Source of the DNA: Carcharhinus longimanus | Taxonomy: Eukaryota | Assembly: GCA_030264375.1 (NCBI GenBank) | Contig: JASCQW010000098.1 | Span: 75,506,684-75,570,683 of the forward strand | Length of the DNA stretch: 64,000 bases | Direction: 5' to 3' | Shown here: in pieces, positions 57,520 through 64,000 of the stretch | How the letters are laid out: every line of letters begins with the position of its first letter | Numbering within the stretch: position 1 is the stretch's first letter | The notes under the pieces: generated by a model | Told to the model about the DNA's origin: nothing | Seen by the model: only the letters and a program-made list of their open reading frames with translations | Database searches by the model: none | Program-made: the position numbers and the translations under genes

Positions 57520-58784
57520 ATTGTCACCTTAGCAGTGCCAGTGCCAAAAGAAAAGTGGCAATGCCCGGTGCACCTTGATACTGTCCACTGAAGGGGGTGG
57601 GCGCAATGGGGGCAGGGCCTCTAGAGGGAGATCTATAAGAACGGGGGGTCCCACTACCATTCTGCAGTCAGCGGTATCAGAGAGAGGGAGGCCAGTGATC
57701 AGGGTGGGGGTCAGTAGAGGTCAGTCTGCTAGGGGGGGTTTTATGTTTGCTGGTGTGGGGTGAGGAGAGGGGGTTGGAGATCAAGGCAGACTGGGAGGGC
57801 CAATGATGAGGGGCCGGGGGGCTGGCCAGCGATTGGGAAGCTGGCAGTGCGGGACCATTGCGCATGCACTGATCTCGGCACTGACAGATCGGCGCATGTG
57901 CAGTAGCCCACTGAGCCCTACACTGCCAGCCTCTCCAGTGGGAATAAGCCCCACTCACTGAATTTCAGCATGAGGCACAATTACGCTGAGGCACTCTATA
58001 GTGCACAGTGTGGGAGATTCATTGTGAAACTCCCGCTGAAAAAAATCAGTGGGATTTATTCCAGCTTTTATGCGAATTCGACACTTAGAATTTTCTGGGA
58101 GAATCTCCTCCTAGGTCTTTTGACCATATACTATGTCTTTGTTGTTAGGAATCACTTCTGAACCATTTAACATTAAGTTTCTAACCTCTCTTTCATTTTT
58201 TTTGAAAAAAATCCTTACACCAATTTCCCATCTCTACATTTGACTGCTTTACACTCTTCCGTTGTCTCTGCACAAAAAGGCCCATTTTTGTCAATCGGTA
58301 GTAGCTACAGCTGTTAAAAAAAAACTCGACAAGCTGGATCTATTTCTGTTTTGCAAATAAAGTAAGGAAAAATGCTTTGGGAAACAGGAAAATTGCAGGA
58401 AGGATTTCACAAGAAAAACCTGCTGATATTTTTATTCTAAGTTTTGCAACCTAAACAAGTTAGAATGAATCACAAAGCTACCAGATAAGTAATGGGATAC
58501 TCTTAAGCAGCAAAGGTTTACTAAGGAATTATGCTGCTACAGCAAATTTACTTGGCTATCACTATTTGAGATGATGTTTATGCAGCACAAGATTAGTCAT
58601 ACTTTTAAAAAGCACAACAAGGATTTCTCACTTAACCATTTTCCCACAAATTCAGTGCAAGCAAACACACTGTTAAATTGCATGTATTCTTGCTCTGGCC
58701 TATTTCAGTTGTTGAACCATGTGGTCGAGTTTCCTGTTATAGATACTGCATTTAACAATGATGTTGTACATGATGTTCATTTAC

Positions 58785-58879
58785 CCAAAAGACTGTGAAT
58801 GCCGTGATTTGCTATCCATCCACATTGGTCGATCCAATTCTTCTGATGCTAGAACCATTCCACTATCTGTCTGATAATC
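58785..58879 (-). CDS. FLT1: VEGFR1/FLT1 penultimate exon
   Basis: Minus strand ttttcag|GAT TAT CAG...TTT GG|gtaaat; DYQTDSGMVLASEELDRPMWMDSKSRHSQSF(G); 95 nt with W-x-DSK at the same positions as the mammalian FLT1 segment DYQGDSSTLLASPMLKRFTWTDSK; convergent with PAN3 as in mammals. Confidence 0.85.
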
Positions 58880-58974
58880 CTGAAAAAAAAACAGTAAATT
58901 CACATCAGATTACTAATTAACTTTGTTATTGGCTATATTGTCTAATAGATCCTTCTACTGACTAAAGCTCAGAG

Positions 58975-59630
58975 GAACAGATGGATGCTGAAGTACTTAT
59001 TCATAAATCCCTGAAGGTGGCAGAACAGGTGAATAGGATAGCTAAGAAGGTGTATGGACACTTGATTTCACCAGTCATGGCATAGAGTATAAGAGCAAGG
59101 AGGTAATGTTGGAATTGTACAGAATGTTGGTAAGGCCACAGGTGGAGTACTGTGTGCAGTTCTGGTCACCTCACTATAGGAAATATGTGATAGGACTAGA
59201 GGGGGTACAAAGGAGGTTCATCTGGGATGGAGGATTGGAGCTATAAGGAGAGACTAGATAGGCTTAGGTTGTTTTCTTTAGAGCAGAGAAAGCTGAGGGG
59301 GGACGTGATTAAGGTCTGTAAGATCGAGGGGTATGGACAGGGTGAACAGGAAGCAGCTGATTGAGGAATCATTCACAAAAGGGCATAATTTTATGGTGAG
59401 GGGCAGGAGGTTCAGAGGGGATTTGGGAAGAAAAACACAGAGGGTGGTGGTAATCTGAAATGCATTGCCTGCGAAAGTAGTTGAGGCCAGAAACCTTACA
59501 ACATTTACAAAGTATTTTTTAGAAATATCATAACATTCAAGGATATCAAAAAAAGTGCAGGAAAGTGAGATTAGCACACCCTTAGTGGTAGATATTGTTG
59601 GTGCAGACTAGATGGGCCAAAGGGCTATGT
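58975..59630 (+). mobile_element. CR1 3' fragment
   Basis: LVRPQVEYCVQFWSPHYRK...RLDRLRLFSLEQRKLRGD; tail gatgggccaaagggc. Confidence 0.88.
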
Positions 59631-60174
59631 TGAATAAAAAGCATATTGAATAAAACTTCTTGAAAGACCCTACACTTCTTTCTCTGCTTCTCTAATTGTT
59701 CCTGAATGATTGCAGAGACTTGTATCAGCCAGCAGTCGAGTGTTGATCACTCTGGCTGAAGAGCATCCTGATATCAATGCTAAAATCATCGTTTATCGTT
59801 GAGTCCTACCTCTTTATCCTGCTTCCCAGATTGGTTTATTACTATGATTACCTCCTGTATTCTAAAGTAAAAAACCCAAATCACTCCAATCTTTATTCAT
59901 AAATCAGACTGAAGCCAGGGGCTGGATTTTCCCAGCCCTGATCAGACAGGAACAGAGTGGCGACTGAAAAAAAAATGGCCACTGAGTCATGGAGTCAGAA
60001 GTCCTGCCTCTGTTTCAGCTCTGTCCCATTTTCCCAAAGGGTAGGCAGGGATTGGGCCCCATTACGTGGCTGCTTTTATTATAGACATCATTTATCTATT
60101 TTTGGACTATCCACCTCCAAAAAGTGAATTAATTTTCACTGAGGTTCAGCAGTTGATAGATCAATGGCTATCTA

Positions 60175-60460
60175 GAAACATGGAAACTAGGCCCTTCAAG
60201 CCTCCCTTGCCATTCAACATGATTATGGATGATCCTCTATCTCAATGCCATATTCCCATTTCCCCTGCCATACTCCTTGATGCCATTACAATCTAAAAAA
60301 ATCTATCTCTTTCTTAAATATATTCAATGGTTTGGCCTCCACAATCTTCAGTAGTAGAGAATTCCACAGGTTCACTACCCTTCAAGTGAAGAATCTTTTC
60401 CTCATCTCAGTTCTAAATGGTCTACCCTATATCCTGAGTCCGTGTTCCCTGGTCTACACT
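60175..60460 (-). mobile_element. CR1 3' fragment
   Basis: agagaattccacaggttcactacc...ttttcctcatctcagttctaaatgg. Confidence 0.75.
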
Positions 60461-60469
60461 GGTTCAACA

Positions 60470-60600
60470 CAACAGCTGTTGATGATCTTGAAGCTATAAA
60501 CAGGGGTTCTATTGCTAAAGCAAAATGGAATGGAAACATAGGGTGCCCTTGATGGGTTCCTCTGGATTGGAGAAGTATTCTCAGCATAGAGAGTTAGTGT
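60470..60600 (-). mobile_element. L1/Tx1-type RT fragment
   Basis: RGTHQGHPMFPFHFALAIEPL, like L1 RGTRQGCPLSPLLFALAIEPL. Confidence 0.65.
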
Positions 60601-60879
60601 GCACACTTGTGGTAGGGGAGGNNNNNNNNNNNNNNNNNNNNNNNNNNNNNNNNNNNNNNNNNNNNNNNNNNNNNNNNNNNNNNNNNNNNNNNNNNNNNNN
60701 NNNNNNNNNNNNNNNNNNNNNNNNNNNNNNNNNTATTGTCAAGAAGACAATGTATTTTTAAAAGTAACTGGCGGTCCTGTTAACAAAGTCAGTTTGATGA
60801 TCAGAAATACCAGGAAAACAGGGCTCCAAATGGCACCTTATTACCTTAGTTAACAGCTCTGCATCTGCCATTAAAAGAG

Positions 60880-62215
60880 AGTTAGGTCATTATGGACAAC
60901 ATTCTACAGCATCAGCTCTCTCAATTCGCCTGTTGCCTTCTCACACCTTCTCCCCATAATTCTGCACATTCTTTTCAGATAACAGTCTAACTCCCTTTTG
61001 GATGTTTCAGTTAAACCTGCCTCCATCACACTTTCCGGCACCACACACTGCATGAAAAACATTCTTCATGTTGTTTTATCATCTTTTCCCAGTTATGTTA
61101 AATCTGTGCTCTTTCATTCTAAATCCTCTCAGAAGTGGGAACGGTTTATCCCTTTCTACTCTGTCCAGTCCCCTAATGTTTTTGAATACTTCAAATCTCC
61201 TCTTAGCCTTCTCTTCTTCAAGGAAAACATTCCAATCTACCTTCATAACTGAAGTTCTTCATCCCTGGAACCATTCTCAAGAACCTTTTCTGCACCCTCT
61301 CTAATGCCTTCATATTCTTTGGAAAATGGTGTAACCAGAACTGGATGCAATACTCCAGCTGAGGCCATATACATGTTCAGCATAACATCTTGTATCCAAG
61401 CACCTATTACTGGCATAAGGTATTGTATACTTTATGAACTACTCTTTCAACCTGTCCTGCCACCTTTAATAACTTACGCATATAAACACCCTGACTCCTC
61501 TTCTCATGCACACTGTAGAATTGTACCCTTTATTTTGTTTTGTTATTCTGTGTTCTTCCTACCAAAATGAATGATTTCACATTGTTTATATTGAACTTCA
61601 TCTGCCACTTCTTCACCCATTCCACAAACTTGTCCATGACTTCTTTAAATTCTGCGCCACCACCTCACAGTTCAATGTTTCCAAGGGCTGATTCTCCAGC
61701 CGTGCACAGCCCAAGACTGGAAATTCCTGCCCAAGCTCAATGGACCTTTGAATGGTCTATCAAATTTTATGTCCTACCCACTACAGTTCCCGCGGAGGAT
61801 GACACAGGAGAATTTCGACCCAAATTTCATATGATCTGCAAATTTTGAAATTGTACACCAAAGTCTAGATCACTAGCATGTTAGGAAAAGCAAGAGTCCC
61901 AACACTAACCTATAGGGAACTCCACTAGAAACCTTCCTCCAGCCCGCAAAACATCAGTTAAGCACTACTCTCTGTTGCCTGTCACACAGCCAATTTTGCA
62001 TCTGTGTTGCTACTGTTTTACTTTTTATTCTATGAGCTATAACGTCACTTACGAGTCTGTTTTGTGGTACTGCATCAAATGCCTTTTGGAAGTCCAATTA
62101 GCAACATTACCTTCATCAGCCCTCTCTGTTACTCCTCAAAAAATCCAGCAAGTTATTTAAGCTTAATAAATCTTGGCACTCTTTGACTAACCCACATTTA
62201 TCCATGTGGCTATCT
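60880..62215 (-). mobile_element. Old CR1 ORF2 remnant
   Basis: Minus-strand LEYCIQFW, MKFNINNVKSFILV, KFAD, GVP.RLVLGL, DFQKAFD motifs; MITE inside. Confidence 0.8.
61685..61820. mobile_element. Harbinger/Tourist-like MITE with 3-bp TSD
   Basis: caa|gggctgattctcc...ggagaatttcgacc|caa; removing it restores the CR1 host sequence. Confidence 0.7.
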
Positions 62216-62454
62216 GTTTTAATTAAAAACTAAGAACTTTAATGGTTTGGGGGGGGCTTCACTTTCTTGGTGTCATCTGGCAATGGACAGAGCAGTGGAC
62301 AAAACCATTTGGACTCCATCTGAGCACCAGGATGATTACAACTGGAAACTGGTGATGAACCTTTAGAAACTGAGGCCAGTGGAGTTGAACAACATCAGTC
62401 TGCACAGGAAGGTGGAGTGTCAGGCATCAGGAGCTGGAAGAGAGGGTCAAGAAT

Positions 62455-62640
62455 ATGAGGAGGAGACACTAACCTGAACACAGGATCTATGACAGAGGCA
62501 AAAACACCTGTCGATGACTGAGAACCAATAACAAGGGAGACTAACTCTCTAGGAAGATGGGCACTGACATCTGTGCCTTTGTCAGCTGCGGGCCCATACA
62601 GTGCATCGCAAGAGGCTGTACAATGGTGCATCAACCAGGC
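62455..62640 (+). pseudogene. Degenerate Harbinger/PIF transposase N-terminal fragment
   Basis: RRRH*PEHRIY-QRQKHLSMTENQ*QGRL...TDICAF resembles the HARBI1-like N-terminus (Y..R..YL.M.E.QC..RLRL); stops and frameshift present. Confidence 0.4.
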
Positions 62641-62649
62641 AACTGATAT

Positions 62650-62965
62650 TTATTTACTTATTTATTAGTGTCACTAGTCAGTTTATATTATCACTGCAAT
62701 GAAGTTACTATGAAAATTCCCTAGTTGCCACACTTTGATGCCTGTTCGGGTACACGGAGGGAGAATTTAGCACAGCCAATGCGCCTAACCAGAACATCTT
62801 TGGATTATAGGATTATAGGAGGAATCCAGAACACCCGGAGGAAATCCACGTAGACACAGGGAGGATGTGCAAACTCCACACAGACAGTGACGCAAGCTGG
62901 GAATTGAACCCGGGTTGCTGGTGCTGTGAGGCAGCAGTGCTGACCACTGTGCCATCGTGCTGCTC
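62650..62965 (-). mobile_element. HE1/V-SINE, full length
   Basis: A/B boxes, V core, tail ...gtgacactaataaataa. Confidence 0.9.
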
Positions 62966-63194
62966 ACTTTTTACTGACAGCAAATCAGAATCACAACAAA
63001 TGGAACATTGAGGGATCAGGCAACCCTGGATCCAGTACCTGGAACAGTAAGGTCATGCCCTGGAATACTCCCAGGCGCCAAGAAGCTGGGAAGGGAGAGG
63101 TGCCCCTGCTGCACAATGAGCTGCATTCTGCCACTCACCTGGAACAGGACCTCCTGTCTCTCCCAATTGTTATATACCAGTGCCTTCCCGGATA

Positions 63195-64000
63195 CCTTTT
63201 CTTCATTCTTTCATGGGATGTGGATGCAATTGTTAGGCTCTTGAACATCAAGGCTTCAGTCACTAATACATAGATAATTGTTGTCCATCCCTAATTGCTC
63301 TTGAGAAGGTGGTAGTGAACTGCCTTCTTGAACTGTTGCAGTCCATGGTGTAGATGCACCCATTGTGCTGTTAGGTAGGGAATTCCAAGATTTTGACCCA
63401 GTGACAGTAAAGGATCCCCAATATAATTCCAGGTCAGAATGGTGAGTAGCTTGGAGAGATGATGTTCCCAAGCATCTGCTGTCTTTGTCTTTCTGGATGA
63501 TAAAGGTTGCAGGTTTGGAAGGTGCTGTCGAAGGAACATTCAAAGTGCATCTTATAGATACTGCTGTCACTCTGCATCAATAGCGGAGTAAGTGATTGTT
63601 TAGTTAGATGGATAGCATGCCAATCATGAAGATACTTTGTCCTGGGTGGTTTCTGCTTCTTGAATGTTGTTGGAGCCGCACCCATCTGGAGCTGAGATAA
63701 TAATTTTGTCAGAGTGCCTTGATTCCACATCCAGTCAAAAACTGCTCTAATATCACTCTCACATCAGCTTTTCCTGTCCGCATTTGGACCAAGGCTGTAA
63801 TGAGGTCCGGATCTAAGTGGCCCTGAGGGAACCCAAACTGAGCATCAGTGAGCAGGTTATTGCTGTGTGAATGTCGCTTCATAGCACTGTCAACAACCAT
63901 TTCCATCACTTTGCTAATGGTTAAGAGGCTAATGAGGTGATAATTTGCCAGACTGGATTTGTCCTGCTTTTTGTGGACAACACATCCATGGGTAATCTTC
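63195..64000 (-). mobile_element. CR1/L2-superfamily LINE 3' fragment
   Basis: NNLLTDAQFGFPQGHLDPDLITALVQ...; SKSWNSLPNS; 3' end tcatgggatgtgg...catccctaattgctcttgagaaggtgg. Confidence 0.8.

Larger units (their letters stand above)
56717..58110. mobile_element. Non-autonomous DNA transposon (family B) hosting a PLE insertion
   Basis: GC-rich; 3' end homologous to 3200-3470; interrupted at 57094-57517. Confidence 0.6.
57106..58357 (+). repeat. Dispersed direct repeat of 136 bp (57106-57241 and 58222-58357)
   Basis: Direct comparison shows 133/136 identity. Confidence 0.95.

Noticed and set aside
58880-64000. Next upstream FLT1 exon (IKTFEEL-type)
   Set aside because: Not found by eye on the minus strand; probably beyond the window or inside the gap
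1-64000. CRISPR arrays, operons or prokaryotic defence systems
   Set aside because: Vertebrate sequence with spliceosomal introns; no regularly spaced repeat-spacer arrays or long intact ORFs

Overview
Vertebrate genomic scaffold with N gaps, almost certainly an elasmobranch (shark), judged from its HE1/V-SINE, DeuSINE, CR1 and Penelope repeat content. It holds the convergent 3' ends of two genes. The last four coding exons and ~3 kb 3'UTR of PAN3 lie on + (2403-13787, candidate polyA signal 16798). The last two coding exons and 3'UTR of a VEGF receptor lie on - (58879-54208); it is called FLT1 from PAN3-FLT1 synteny, the 95-nt exon and the CCxPPPDYNS..Y..PP end. The rest is intron or intergenic DNA packed with CR1/L2/L1 LINE fragments, SINEs, Harbinger-type MITEs, probable solo LTRs and many Penelope-like element (PLE) remnants carrying minimal hammerhead ribozymes. 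Most notable: (1) a PLE insertion in the last FLT1 intron with a 13-bp target-site duplication, an intact-looking minimal hammerhead and a 136-bp copy of DNA from 1.1 kb away at its 5' junction; (2) three hammerhead families whose consensus can be rebuilt from CpG-decayed copies; (3) an FLT1 tail that keeps KDR-like motifs absent from mammalian FLT1; (4) a full CTCF site with upstream motif between the genes; (5) a Pbx/Meis/TCF motif-rich unique block; (6) a possible orphan two-exon ORF. No prokaryotic-type system such as CRISPR is present. Repeat boundaries are approximate, and family names come from recalled consensus sequences, not a database search.
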